A stretch of DNA of 64,000 nucleotides, taken from the human T2T-CHM13v2.0 reference genome, Homo sapiens. The stretch is from the NCBI RefSeq assembly GCF_009914755.1, contig NC_060925.1; one strand, 5' to 3'. This document shows, one piece after another, positions 14,481 to 28,688 of this stretch. Every line of letters begins with the position of its first letter. Positions within the stretch are counted from its first letter, which is position 1. Both the position numbers and the translations under genes were made by a program. The notes beneath the pieces are model-generated. The model saw only the letters and a list, made by a program, of their open reading frames with translations, was not told the origin of the DNA and did not search any database.

Positions 14481-16729
14481 GAATTCAATTCCATTGTCTT
14501 TCATATTTGGCCAACACTCGATTATATAAAAATTATAGTTCCACACACTTATGTATTTTTTAAAAAAAGAGGGATCTTTCAAGATTATCCGGGTGTTCAG
14601 GTTCCTAGGTTTTTCCTGCCGTGCTTCCATTTCCCACACATCACTGAGTGTTGCCAGGATGGAGAACAGGGGTATCACCCAAGGGAAATCTCTCAGAGCC
14701 TGGGGCCTTTAAATTTTGGATGAACCTGGGGAGTAGGTTTGGGAAAGCAACTCATCCTACATTCCTAGGAGAGGAAGAACAGTTTCTCCTTTTTTTTTTT
14801 TGCTTTGTTTTCTTTCTATAAATATTCTCTATCACGGCCACCTCTTACAACCCTGGTCTCTCACATCCCCAAGAGGTAGTTACGAGGCAAGTACAAGAAA
14901 CAGCGTCCCTGACAGGGCCGGCCTGGGACAGGATGAACAGGGCATGTGTGTGAAGGGAGTCTCTGAGGACGGCTGCTCCTAAGGATTTAATGAGTTGGCT
15001 CACTGAGCAAGGCTTCTGATTCAACACAGCGCATTAGACCTGCACATCAGGGAAATAGTTCCACTGATTGCTATTTTAGCATTTCAACGTGAAATGTACC
15101 ACTATCATTAATATCTAGGACTCCCTTGAGAAAGAGGCCGCTGAGGCTTCAAGGCTTCAGAGCAGACTGCGGGAAACAGGAACAGCCAGGGGCTTGTCAG
15201 GTGGGGTTCGGGGTGCTGTGGCCTAGAGGAGCCTGGAATCTTCCAGAAAAGGATCCAAGAAGCTATCAAAAGCTTTCTGGGGCCGTGAGCTTTAGCAACT
15301 GCCTAGGAGGCACCAAGAAGGCTGTTTTACAACAGCAGAGTCAGGCTGCAGGTAGGCTGATGCCGAGAGTGGAGGCTTCGAAACATGAATAATGACCGCT
15401 ACCTGCTCTCAAAAGAAAACATTTGGAAATGCTCACAGCATCAGATAGGAGCTAAGTGCTAAAATGAGAGAGCTAACTCCTGAAAAATGGGTGGGATTTA
15501 TTCAGGAAAGGATTCGGAGGGTCATGATACTTGCTCAGAATGGCCTGGCATATGCATAAGAGAAAAAGCTTTCTCCAGATGTAGAGATGGGGATAGTGGA
15601 AAAGGAAGATTAACACCCAGACACCCAGAGCAACATCCACAGACAAAAGAGAAGAGCCAGGAATCGCAGGCATCAGCCTAGTGTTTGCCCAGCTGCGTGT
15701 GCCCGGCAGCCGTCAAGTGCTCACTCAGCAGCAGGAGAAAGGCAGCCTCCACAGGAGCCTCTCTAAGAGGCTTGAGTTCCATCAAAGGCCACCAACAATG
15801 GATATTTTCCCTGTCATTTCTATTTTCAGAGAAAATGAGACATTGTGGTGCTTCATGCTATTCCATTATTGAAATGATTCTCAATGTAGAAAACAAACTC
15901 TGAGTTAGAATTCCACTAGATCAGGGAAATTATCCACAGCACCTTAGAGATCAAGGCATCCTAAAAGGAAGGTGTTTCATTACCTGGCTTTTTTCCCCCT
16001 GAGAGAATGAAGAGGGGAAGGTGGTGAGCTGTGACAAGCCAAGCGGGGGTGGCGGGCAGCAGAGGTCCGCAGGACACCTGCAGCGCATTTCTGTTTTGGA
16101 GCTTCACAGGGCTATGTCTTTTCAAAGCTCTATGGAGAAATGACAGGCTCCCACCCTCAGGCCAACAGCTGGAGCTGGGCTTTTATTACTGGGAAATAGT
16201 GTTGCATCTGAGTCATTGAAGGTTGGCCTTCCTGGGGACTAAAACAGCCCCCACTCGCACGCCTGTGGAGGATGTCAGTGAAGCAGGTCATCTTATCATA
16301 GTCGGTCAGCTGGGAAGTCAGTGGCGTGGGATTCCACAGGGGCAGAGAGGGCAGGCAGGGCCCTGAAAAAACTCGGCACATGTGTAATCATGTGTTAGGG
16401 GAGCAGGTCCACACATAGAAGACCAAAGACTATGGCAATGAGATAACCTGGCACCAGCTTCCATGGCACCATGGAAGTGCTAAATACTGTCATAAATAAA
16501 AACAGCATTAGAAAAATGTCACGCTTTCAGATGATGATGAGGAGCTAACACTTGAGGACATTTCCTTTTTAACTGGAAAAAGCTGGAGTGTACTGCGTAG
16601 GCTGTAACTGCGCTACTCGGCACAGAAATGAACCCATCACTTGCTGTCCTTCTGGTTCCTCACCCACTTCATATGACATAGCTGGTGGCTGTGCATGTAG
16701 AGGGGAGGCTGGGGCCTCAGTGCAAAGCA

Positions 16730-16866
16730 CAATTGTTTACAACCTTCCTGGAAATGGCTGTTCTCTGGCTGGAGGCTGGGGCCATTTCCACGATGCCCAG
16801 GACAGCCCCCACCACAAAGAACCATACAGCTCAAAATGTCTACAGTGCCGCTGCTGAGAAACCCTG
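16730..16866 (+). mobile_element. MER20 DNA transposon fragment
   Basis: caggacagcccccaccacaaagaa…caaaatgtctacagtgccgctgctgagaaaccctg matches the MER20 3' end. Confidence 0.75.
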
Positions 16867-17412
16867 CTTTTTCAGAGAGACAGAGTAGCAGTGGAGGAGA
16901 AGGGCTCCAAGTATTGGACAATGGGGTCCTTATCTTAAGTCTTAATGAACCTTGGGATGCAGAGAGAAACAGCTCTAATGTGGGGATAGTTTCTGCAGGA
17001 CTCACAGGGGGATCTCCAGCACAATGACTGATTTGTTTAGTTAATTTCCAAACAGGCCTGTACATACTATGTTATTTACAGATTAGCATTGTGAAGCGCC
17101 TTCTGCTGCCACGCACTGCCATAAATGGAACGCTTGTAGAACATATGTAAACAATTAAGTGTGATTTGCAGGCTGGGTGTCCCATGTTTACTGATTAGTA
17201 ACAGAAATACTCAGAGTGTGTGTGCCCATCTACCTTAGTCACTGTCCCAGGCTCAGATAGCATCTCCACCTTGGGTACTGCAGCAAGCTCTCTTCATGTG
17301 TGCCTTATTCCTCTCTGTGGAACCCAGCAACCATACACTGGTTTCGCAGTCAATCCCATGCTCCTGACCACACTCTCCTGCTGCAGTTCCCCAAACAAAA
17401 ACAATGATCCAA

Positions 17413-17556
17413 AGGCATGTACAGTCGCACATGCCTGTAGTCTCAGCGACGTGGAAGGCTGATGTGGGGAGTTCAAGGATGTAGTGCATTCTGACAGCAC
17501 CTGCGAGTAGCCATTGTACTCCAGCTTGGCAACTAGATGACTAGCACCATCTCTGA
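17413..17556 (+). mobile_element. FAM (fossil Alu monomer, 7SL-derived)
   Basis: gcctgtagtctcagc…cacctgcgagtagccattgtactccagc keeps the FAM-type CCTGTGAATAGCCACTGCACTCCAGC segment that dimeric Alus lack. Confidence 0.7.
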
Positions 17557-17757
17557 GCAACTAAAAGTGAAACAGAAGGAGACACCTTCCATTTGTATGG
17601 TGACTTGTGGGTCACTAAGCGCTTTCCATTCCATAGGCTCCTCTCATTCTCATGGATGCATGATGTAATTATTACAACCCTTTCATATGAGAAGAAACAG
17701 GCCAGAAAAAGTGGAGAAAGAGAGTAAGATGGGTGGGAGCAAATACTCAGTATCTGA

Positions 17758-18309
<552 letters not shown>

Positions 18310-21300
18310 TGAGTCATCTTCTTAAAGGCCTTCTCAGCTGTGTGAGAATGAACTCATCCCTTTAAAGGCTTCAGTTGAGCCACAATACTGAAAGCACTGT
18401 GAGTATAATTCTTGAACTCACCCCCATCTCACCCTCCTAATTGGTATGTATACCCTGCACAGACCCTGAATTGAGAGTGTATTAATACTGCTTTCATGAA
18501 CTCTTTATCCAAGAAGTTACTCCATTGGCTCTAAAATCAAGACAACCTTTGGTTGGGATCCCAGCTCTCTCCTACCTGGTAAAGAACATTCAGAAAGAAC
18601 ACTCGGTAAAGAACACGTGATGTCCCCCAAATAGCTCCAAGGTGCTTCACTTCCTCTAGAGTTCAGGTGCTACACTGAGAAGCGGCATATGGACCTACAG
18701 GGTTGGAGGGATGGGAGCCAGGAGCTCCAAACTGAAGCTTAAATCTTGGTTCTGATACTTGTCTCTTGCCCTCATTGTCATCAATTTCTTTCTGTGTTCA
18801 CTCATAAGATCAATTACTGCCAGGCATATTTAGAGGCTTGGTGAGGGTCTTGCTAGGAATTTCTTTCCATGGGGGACCCAGTGCACAAGTGGGGTCTGCA
18901 GACAATGGGTGCCTGTTGGTGAGGGGGTGGGACAATTCCAAATACACCCCAGTGTCCAGTGTTCACCTTGTCCTATGGGATCAAAGCCTGTGTCTTCAAT
19001 GACACAGTGGATGTGTCCAAGTAAGCTGGGCACGGAGGGTGCACAGTGGCAGCAACTCCTATCGGAAAAGCACTGGGCTGGCAGGAAAGGGCAAGATGCC
19101 ATCCCAGGGTTGAAGCATCCCTGAGGTCAGGCCACCCAGAGCATCAGAGCCATGATGCCTGTAGCAGGTGCTGTCAGCAGCTCTCAGCATCACAACCTAG
19201 CACAGGACAGGTCCACAAGGAAGCGTGCATAGGTGAGAAGGTGGATGCCCTGGAGCAGCTGGGCCGCCCCAGGGAAGTGTCCATGCAGAGCTGGGGGGAG
19301 TGTGGTGCGTTCCTGCACAGCAGATGGAGATTAACTGCTGGGAGATGTTGTGGACAGCGGGACAGTGTGGCCAGTAGGAGCAAGGACTCTGGAGTCTGGG
19401 CATGACTCTATGGTGAGACTCGCACAAATCACTTCTCTGTGTTTCAGAAATCCCAGCTGCAAAATCGAGCCAATAATACCTATCTCATCATCTCTCATGC
19501 CTTCAGAGAAGACGAAATGCATTAACTCTCCTAACTTGCATTAGCACTCTGCCCAGTACCTAGTGGGCACCGCTGTAAGTGTTCACTGATACTGTTATTG
19601 TTATTTTCACCCCTGAACTAGTATATTTCAGCAATTAATATCCAGGCCACCTTGGCTTCAGATATAAACTAAGCACATTTGAATTGCAGAATCTCATATA
19701 ATCACTGGAAATAAATTATGTTGGCTAAAGGATTTCAGTGATATTGGTGATATTGCTTCAAATAAATCATAAGTGTGAAATAATAATTAACAAAATAGAA
19801 ATAACTAAAATGCAAAATTTAATTAAAAATATATTTGTAAAGTAGTTTGACCTCATGATGTTTTAACAGCAATAGTTCTCTGCTCGGAGGCTCCACATCA
19901 AGCGGATCAACTACTATTGTCTGGTGCAAAATCCTTCATAAGCCCGGCCTGATGACCAGGGTTGGGCTGGCTGTAGAAGAATTAATCACTCAGCAGCTTG
20001 TTGAAAATCACAGATTTCCAAATCCAAGATCTAGAGAGTCCATGTCACTGGTTTGTGATGGAGCTTGGGGTCTGTATTCTGATCAAGCTCCCTCTGTGAT
20101 TCTGAGGTTTGGACTCATGGGACCAGAGAACCTGGGGTCTCCTAAAGATGGCAAGACATTTCAGAGAAGCAGGGAGCTGGAACCTGGAGGAGAGCCCATA
20201 CGCCAGGCCCAGGTGGGAGGGGCTTTGCCACACTGCATTAGAATTTAAGGTCCCAGAAACTTCTGCTCCTTTGTAGGCTATCATTTTTTCCCCCTATGCT
20301 TTAGACTTACATATTTTTCTCATGTTCCAAGATTGTGATTTTAGCTTGATAACATGATTTTAATCTCCTAGGTCAGATATTGCATCCTGTTTACTTTATT
20401 TATCAGATTCTGATTTCTGAGTTTCCTTAGTCTGGCAAGTGGACCTTAATTTCCCTTTACAAGATGACCCACTGTGACATGACAGCTGGCCCCCGTGGGG
20501 GCCTCATCTCCAGTGGAAGCTCAGGAGGAGAAGTTGAGATGATGTCTTGGATTTCTGAAGAGAATATTTCCTCAACACGCTGTGGGTGGGAGGAGTGGGT
20601 AGATGGTAGATGGAGTGACCTCAGACCACAACAGTGACCTCCTGCAACAAGGCAGCATGCCACAGCTTGGCAGAGCACACTTCAGTCTGGCTTGTCTCCC
20701 TATCACTTTTCAAGATCAAATTTGCCTTAAATTTTCTATCCTCTTGGAAGCTTACTCTACTCTGAGTCAGTAAATTTTCTTTTACAAACAAACCTGTTGC
20801 TTCTATAAAATGCAGCCATCTTCTCCTAACCTCGAAGGATGGAACATCAGCTAGAATCCACCTCATCACCTTTCATGTATTTGAAGACAGTAATCAAACC
20901 ATCTCATACTCTGTGGTCAGTGAAACTATTTTGACTTCCTACTAAAACATCCCATTATATCTAGATGGCTTTCTTCAGTGGGAGACACAGTTTTCCAAGA
21001 AGGTATGTCCCAAACCTTAAATCTAAAAAATATAAGTGTCTTCTTGTCACATCCATATGAACCCATTCCATCTCCATAACATATCAACATTTTATTTAAA
21101 GACAATTTATATAAAGGTAGTCTTTTGCTCACTTACATTTGGCATCTCATTTAAGATGAATTTCAATGTACTCATCCTCCCTAATTTTGCATGCATATAT
21201 TTTTCTTTCTTCAGGACTATCCATCAAATCTATGTCAGTTTTGTAAAGTCAAGACATTTCCCCCAACAAATTGGTCAAGTGAAGCATATCTTTAAGACCT

Positions 21301-21484
21301 GCCTGGAGAGTCAGTGTTCACCATCACCTGATGTGCTTTAGCACTAACTATGTAACAATGACTTGTTGGGTCTCCTACAGTACACCTAAGGACATACTCC
21401 CCATTTTAAAGTTATACAACCATATAGCACATATGCAAACACACAATTATGAGCCATTCTTACTTTGCACATGAATATAATCAT

Positions 21485-21730
21485 ACTAAAAGATTAGCAA
21501 ATTGAATCCATCATTGTATAAAAACAATAATATATCATGACCAAGTAGAGCTTATTTCAGAATTGTAAGCATGTTTCAACATGAGGAAATCTACTAATGT
21601 AATACAACATTAATATATTAAAGAAGAAGAATAATATCACCCAAATTATGCCCCCCAATTCTATACAAATTCAACATCCTTTCTTGATAAAGCTTTAGCA
21701 AGCTAGGAAAAGAAGAAAACTCCCTGCCTT
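21485..21730 (+). mobile_element. Old L1M ORF2 fragment
   Basis: attagcaaattgaatcc…catgaccaagtagagcttatttcagaa…aaattcaacatcctttcttgataaa. Confidence 0.65.
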
Positions 21731-21825
21731 CATAACAGTGGTTTCATAGAAAACCTAAACCAAACCCCATTTTAAAAATTAATTTTAATTTTAAGTTCCG
21801 TGGTACATGTGCAGGACGTGCACAT

Positions 21826-22516
21826 GTTCTGGAGAAAAGAATGCTGCACAGAGAGGCCAAGAAGAATCTGAGCAGACTAGCCTTGCTGGGTTTAGGTAAT
21901 GCCCTTTTTGTCCAATCACATTTCTGCACAGCTGTCCAAGCTTTAATCATGGACAACCAATGACGCTCCATAAAAAGCCCAAAGGACACAGTTCTGGGAG
22001 CTTCTAGAGAGCTGAACATGTGCAGGTAGATAGGAAGGTGAAGAAGAATTCATCCACCTGCCTGGAAAGTGGCACACCCCAACTTCACAGGGATGGAAGC
22101 TCCTGTGCTCGAGACCCTTCCAGACCTGGCCCTATGCATCTCTTCATCTGGCTGTTTATTTGTATCCTTTAAAATATCCTTCATAATAAACTAGTAAACG
22201 TGTTTCCCTGGATTCTGTGAACTGCTCTAGCAAATTCATTGACCCCAAAGAGGGAATTGTGGGACCCCTCATGTAGAAGCCAGTCAGAAGTTCAGGTGGC
22301 CCAGACTTGTGGGCCTCAACCTTCAACCTGTGGGTTCTGACACCATCTCTGGTTAGTGTCAGAAGTGAACTGGAGGACAGTTCACCACAGAAGTGGTGCT
22401 TGCTTGCAGGAAGAAATCCCACATATATTGGGGCCACAGAAGTCTTCTGTGTTGATGACTGTTGTTTTTGTGTGAGAAGAGAGGAAAAACATGGTTTGAG
22501 AGTTTTTCCCTAAACA
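21826..22516 (+). mobile_element. MER21-family LTR (partial)
   Basis: ggaagctcctgtgctcgagacccttccagacctggccctatgcatctcttcatctggctgtt…aataaactagtaaacgtgtttccctg. Confidence 0.75.
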
Positions 22517-24073
22517 GTATCTATAAAAATTATGTGTAAAATTTGAGCTCTGTAGACTATTTTTTTCAAGTCAAACTATTTATGGCACCCTAGCAGATTC
22601 AATAGAAATCCCAGCTGTTGGTTGAAGAGCGGTGGGGCCCTGCCAGGCTCCAACCTCCCCTCCCACTGCATCCTCCACCCCAATCCCCAGGCATATCCAA
22701 CTAGGTCAGAACTTCATGACTTCAGACCATGGGCTTAGGGTGGGATGTAAAAGAAGTTGTCTTTTGTAAGTGAAAAAACTGAAAGGAAAGCGTCTTGGAG
22801 GATCTTTCTATGTGGTGGAACCTCTCGGTGAAGTGAACCAGTCCCAAATAGTCAAGTGTTTCCCTAGAATACTGAGAGGATTCTCCCCAGAGTTACCTCA
22901 TCACCATGTCTGCAGCAAGTAGAGTTGACATTGAGTATGAGAAACTATCTGAAATAAAGGAAATTCCATCAAAACAAAGTTTAAAAAAGCAGCTGGTAAG
23001 CATGGTGTTTAATTAAAGAAAAAGAAATAAGGCAGACCAAACAAGAAACGCCTGGATCAGGAATATCTGAACAAGTTACACAAAGAACAAGACTGAAAAA
23101 GCTTTTGAAAATGCCTTAGATATGAAATGAGATAATATTTGCAACTTGAAGTTTATAAAACATTTCAAATTGATCCAACAAAAGAGCTTATTTTAATCAT
23201 CTTCCCAGGTGCTACGAATATCTCAAGAGTCATTTTGTGATTTCAAGTGCAAGATCCTATGAAGCCCTTCTCAAACACTGTTCTCTGCTTACAGTTTAAT
23301 AAGGAGCCCGATCTTAGGGGCCACATCACAATGTTTTATGAAGCCCACAGAGGAGTCATCTGTTAGACCTGCGGCAATCATCAAGCTTAGTCCCAGATGG
23401 CCACAAAGAGAATGCCCTGAGTCCAGTGTGAGACTGAGTCAGGTAAGAGGACAGGGAGAGACCAGAGGCCAGCCAGCTCCTCCCCAGGAGATTGGCCTAA
23501 AATAGGCATTAACATGAGACTTTAAGGGTCAGAGTTTTGGTATTTCTCACCTGTAAAAACGATCATGAAATTCTGAGACGTGGGAGTTGAAAGAGTAGTT
23601 GATATCACAAATCCTAACTACCCTTGGTTCTTACTTGTCCCTCTTGGTGACTCCAGGCTACTGCCTCCAGAGGAAAATGAAAAGCGCTGCCAGCCACACA
23701 CTTTACCCTTTATCAATTCACAACTCTTACTTGATGATACCTCCCAACAACTTGCCACCAGTGTAGACTCACAGCTGCCCCTTTCAAGAAGGACATTTGG
23801 AAACACAGTCAACAAGGCTCCCTGGGCTTGGTTACCTGACAGCCCAGAACTGTGACAGTTGCTAAACAAATAGACAGGTGGGTTTTGCCCTTAACAAGCT
23901 TACAATCCCACCTAACGTCACAAAACTCACTCAAGTCAATATCAAAAGAACCTCTTTTGTAGAGCACCATCAATAATATAATATAGACACAATGAAGCAA
24001 GTCCAAGTAGAAACAATCCCAGACGGGCAGAGGCTAAGTAGAGGCCCCCTTTCTTCTCTAAGCTCCCTAGGTT

Positions 24074-24242
24074 TGTGTTCTCAACCTTGGCTGCCCACTG
24101 ACATCACCTGAGAGCTTTTGAAACTTGGGATGTGTGGTCCCACCCACAGAGGTGCTGATGGAATTGATTAAATATCCTGGGAATCAGGATATTTAAAAGC
24201 CTGACAGGAGGTTTTAACGTGCACGTGGGGTTGAGAACCACT
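24074..24242. mobile_element. MER5A-like hAT MITE
   Basis: Terminal inverted ends gtgttctcaacc…ggttgagaaccact; internal cccacccacagag. Confidence 0.75.
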
Positions 24243-24649
24243 CATCAAGGTGATTCCACTTTGTGGGCAGACAGAGTTCAGCACCACAGCCCATAGTGCT
24301 AAAAAAGGGGACATCTGTGCAATGGCCACTGATTTGGGTGATTTGAAGCTGACTGATGAAATTTTAAGAGCAGTTTGGCATGAGTACTGTTTCTTTGGTG
24401 GACAACATCACCCGAGTGACACAGGGTGCCAAAGAGCCAGCAGAGTTTGATTTTGTTTCTGTTCTTTAAAAAGACAGACGTGAGCTATTTACCCACTGAG
24501 GGGAGAGACCCAGTAGAGAAAGGGTTTGAAAAACAGAAGGGGCATCCAATTCATCAAAGCTCCAAGGAGACGGGGTGAAGTAGGGTCTGGACTAGAGCTC
24601 AGATGTGAGGATTTTCTTTTATGAAGACAATTAGGGGAAAGGGACCTAA

Positions 24650-24745
24650 CACTGAGCAGCAACTCTGTTAGGTACTGGGCTAGGCACTTCATAGGCATGA
24701 TTTCATTGAATCTTCCCAGCGAATCTGCAAGGACTTCTGTAACAC
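24650..24745 (-). mobile_element. MIR fragment
   Basis: actgagcagcaactctgttaggtactgggctaggcacttcataggcatgatttcattgaatctt. Confidence 0.55.
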
Positions 24746-24970
24746 AGAAGGTCCTATATCCAGAATCCCTGGGTCTTGACTATTCCACGTGAATGATATT
24801 TCCAAATTGAATACTCCAAAAGAGCAGTGATCAAAAAAAATGTTCATGTAGGCCCAACATAATTTATTATGAAAAGAACTATCTGAAAGTAGTATAATAA
24901 GTCCAGCTTCAAAATAAAGGAAATGATTGACAAAATCTGTCAAACATGTGAAAGTGGGTGCCTGTACCTA

Positions 24971-25132
<162 letters not shown>

Positions 25133-25591
25133 TCAGCTTTCACACAGATTCCAATATGTACCAACACACAGGCATAAATGTAGAGTGACATTGGCTTTGT
25201 AAGTCAGCCACGTGGTCATCCAGTCCCCTCTAAGATGACCCCACAGACAGGGAATGCTCAGCTTCCTGAAGCAGTTTCTCCTGTGGTTGGACACGGAAAA
25301 AAAAATAAAAGTGGAAAAGTTATTTTAGGAGAGAAAAGGGCCTACAATGTGGGCTGATGATCTGCTTTTCTGGGATTTGAAATATGGCACTTCAGGTCAT
25401 AAAGATGGGCAGTGATTACAGTCAAATGGGTGCCCACCTTAACACTCTCCAATGCAAAGGAGAGGCATGGTCTAGCAGGGAGAGAAAAAGAACTTGGATC
25501 CAATGTGAAGGAGAGTCCTCTGTTCTCCCTAAAAGAAGGAGCCCTGTGGGTTGACTGCTAGACTGTAAGTCCACAATCAACAACCAAATTA

Positions 25592-26213
<622 letters not shown>

Positions 26214-27254
26214 GTTGTCCAAAGTCAGCTTTAAAAAAAAAAAAGGGAGGGAGAGTGGGGAGATGCAGAGGAAATTTAAAGTCAAAATATCTTTTGCAAG
26301 GAAAATAAAATAATTCCATGAACCATCTGAGGAATGGACAGAGCCATCATGGAGCTACAGCCGACAACATCAATCAATTCTTTGAATATCTCAACTGCTG
26401 AAAGAGGCCTGGCATGAGTTAAGATTATTATCACACCTTCTTTGTGGTTGGTCTGGAGAAAGCAGTTTCTGCCACCTGCTTCTTCTCCCACCTGTTTTTA
26501 ATCACCCATAAGAAACTCACAGACCTTGGCTAGTGTCGTGGTTTGGTTTACTCTTTCTAGGACATGCCACAGACTGCATCAGCTGCTGAGGACGTTGTTT
26601 CTAACTTGTACCCACATTTTCCAACAACAACCCATGGACTCAGCTTTTCAAATACTAAGAAGCAAAGTAAACCTGCTCCCTTCATTTGCTCCCTCCCCCT
26701 TCTCCTCCTCCCCTGCCCCTTTCTCCTCTTTTTGTAAACTGTCATAATTCTTGATTATATTTCTAAGAGGCAGGATTCACTTCCAGAAGTGTTCTCAGCA
26801 CATACGCAATAACAGCACAGACACACAAAATAATGATGACAGAAGTTAAGTTGGACCATCTGATTGCTAAATAGAATTTTCATGTCCATGATTCAATATG
26901 TTCAGTAAATCCCCCTGATTTCAGCACAGACACACTTGGTAGGGAAATCCCAAAATGTAATTTTAAACAAAGAAGCTTCAAATGTTTAAGTTATAATAGA
27001 GGCTTAAAACTTCGCTGGCCCTGAGCACTGCATAAAGGGATCTATATCTTTAAGTGTCCTTCATTGGAGACATGGTATATTGATTCTCCTATTTAATTTT
27101 GCTTACCTTCAATAAACATCTGTCCAAATAGTGCTTTTTTTCTATCCTCTATGTTAAAAGTCTACCATAGAATATAAGAAAGAGATGGACATGACAATGT
27201 TCTTTATTTATTAAACTTACATTCCATGCCTCAGCCCCCACCTCCCTGACCTAC

Positions 27255-27488
27255 CTCTTGTCTTTTCCGTGCACAGTGTTGAATCCATTCTAGATAAACA
27301 TTGCAGAAGCTAGCTCGTGTGATCCCCTGGAGACACGGGACGTAGTCATCATCAATGTTAATGTTGAACATTGCAAGGTCACGCTCAATGTAATGCCACT
27401 TGGCAAAGGGCTGCAGGGACTTCAGAAGTGATTCATTTTTGATCCAGGAGAGGAGTTTGGGAGACGTTACCATATAGTATATTATACT
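27255..27488 (-). CDS. PCNX2: PCNX2 internal exon (234 nt, phase 0-0): SIIYYMVTSPKLL…LEWIQHCARKRQE
   Basis: Acceptor tttttctctgcag|AGT, donor GAG|gtaggt; within ORF 27231..27521; 78 codons. Confidence 0.95.
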
Positions 27489-27575
27489 CTGCAGAGAAAA
27501 AGCAAGATTTTGAGTCCTCACAGCTATTCTAAAGCCAGGAAGATTTTATTTATTAATTTAATCTTAGAAAGTAAA

Positions 27576-28131
<556 letters not shown>

Positions 28132-28380
28132 TAGGGAAGAGGAAAGTGAGAAGAACGTAATGCTAACAGAATGTAATGGAACATAATTTGTATGATGAGG
28201 AAGAATGACAGTCAGCCCCATCCTTTCTGAGAAAAGCACACAAAAGCACCCTCTGACGGGGTTGCTGTAGGCTTTGGTGGTTCCTAGGCTAGGTTGATTC
28301 AGCTGAAAGAGATTGGGGTAGACCTGCCTCCAGAGACCTAGCCAATGAGTATTTAATGAACTAAAATAACAGGGTTTTCA

Positions 28381-28688
28381 GTTTGTTTGTTTGTTTGTTT
28401 TTTGAGACAGCAGTGTCTCTCTCTGATTCCCAGGCTGAAGTGCAGTGGCACAGTCATGGCTCACTGAAGCCTTGAACTCCTGGGCTCAAGCGATCCTCCT
28501 GCCTCAGCCTCTAGAGTAACTAGGGCTACAGGTGCAAGCCACCATTTCTGGCTAATATTTTAGTTTTTTTTTTTTGTAGAGACAGGATCTTGTTGCCCAG
28601 TCTGGTCTTGAACTCCTTGGCTCAAGCATCCTCTTGCCTCAGCCTCCCAAAGTGCGAGGATTACAGGGGTGATCCACTGTGCCCAGCC
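28381..28688 (-). mobile_element. AluJ with (TTTG)n tail
   Basis: Alu dimer with gggctcaagcgatcctcc. Confidence 0.88.

Noticed and set aside
17413-17556. 7SL RNA gene or pseudogene
   Set aside because: It lacks the S domain and fits a degenerate FAM monomer
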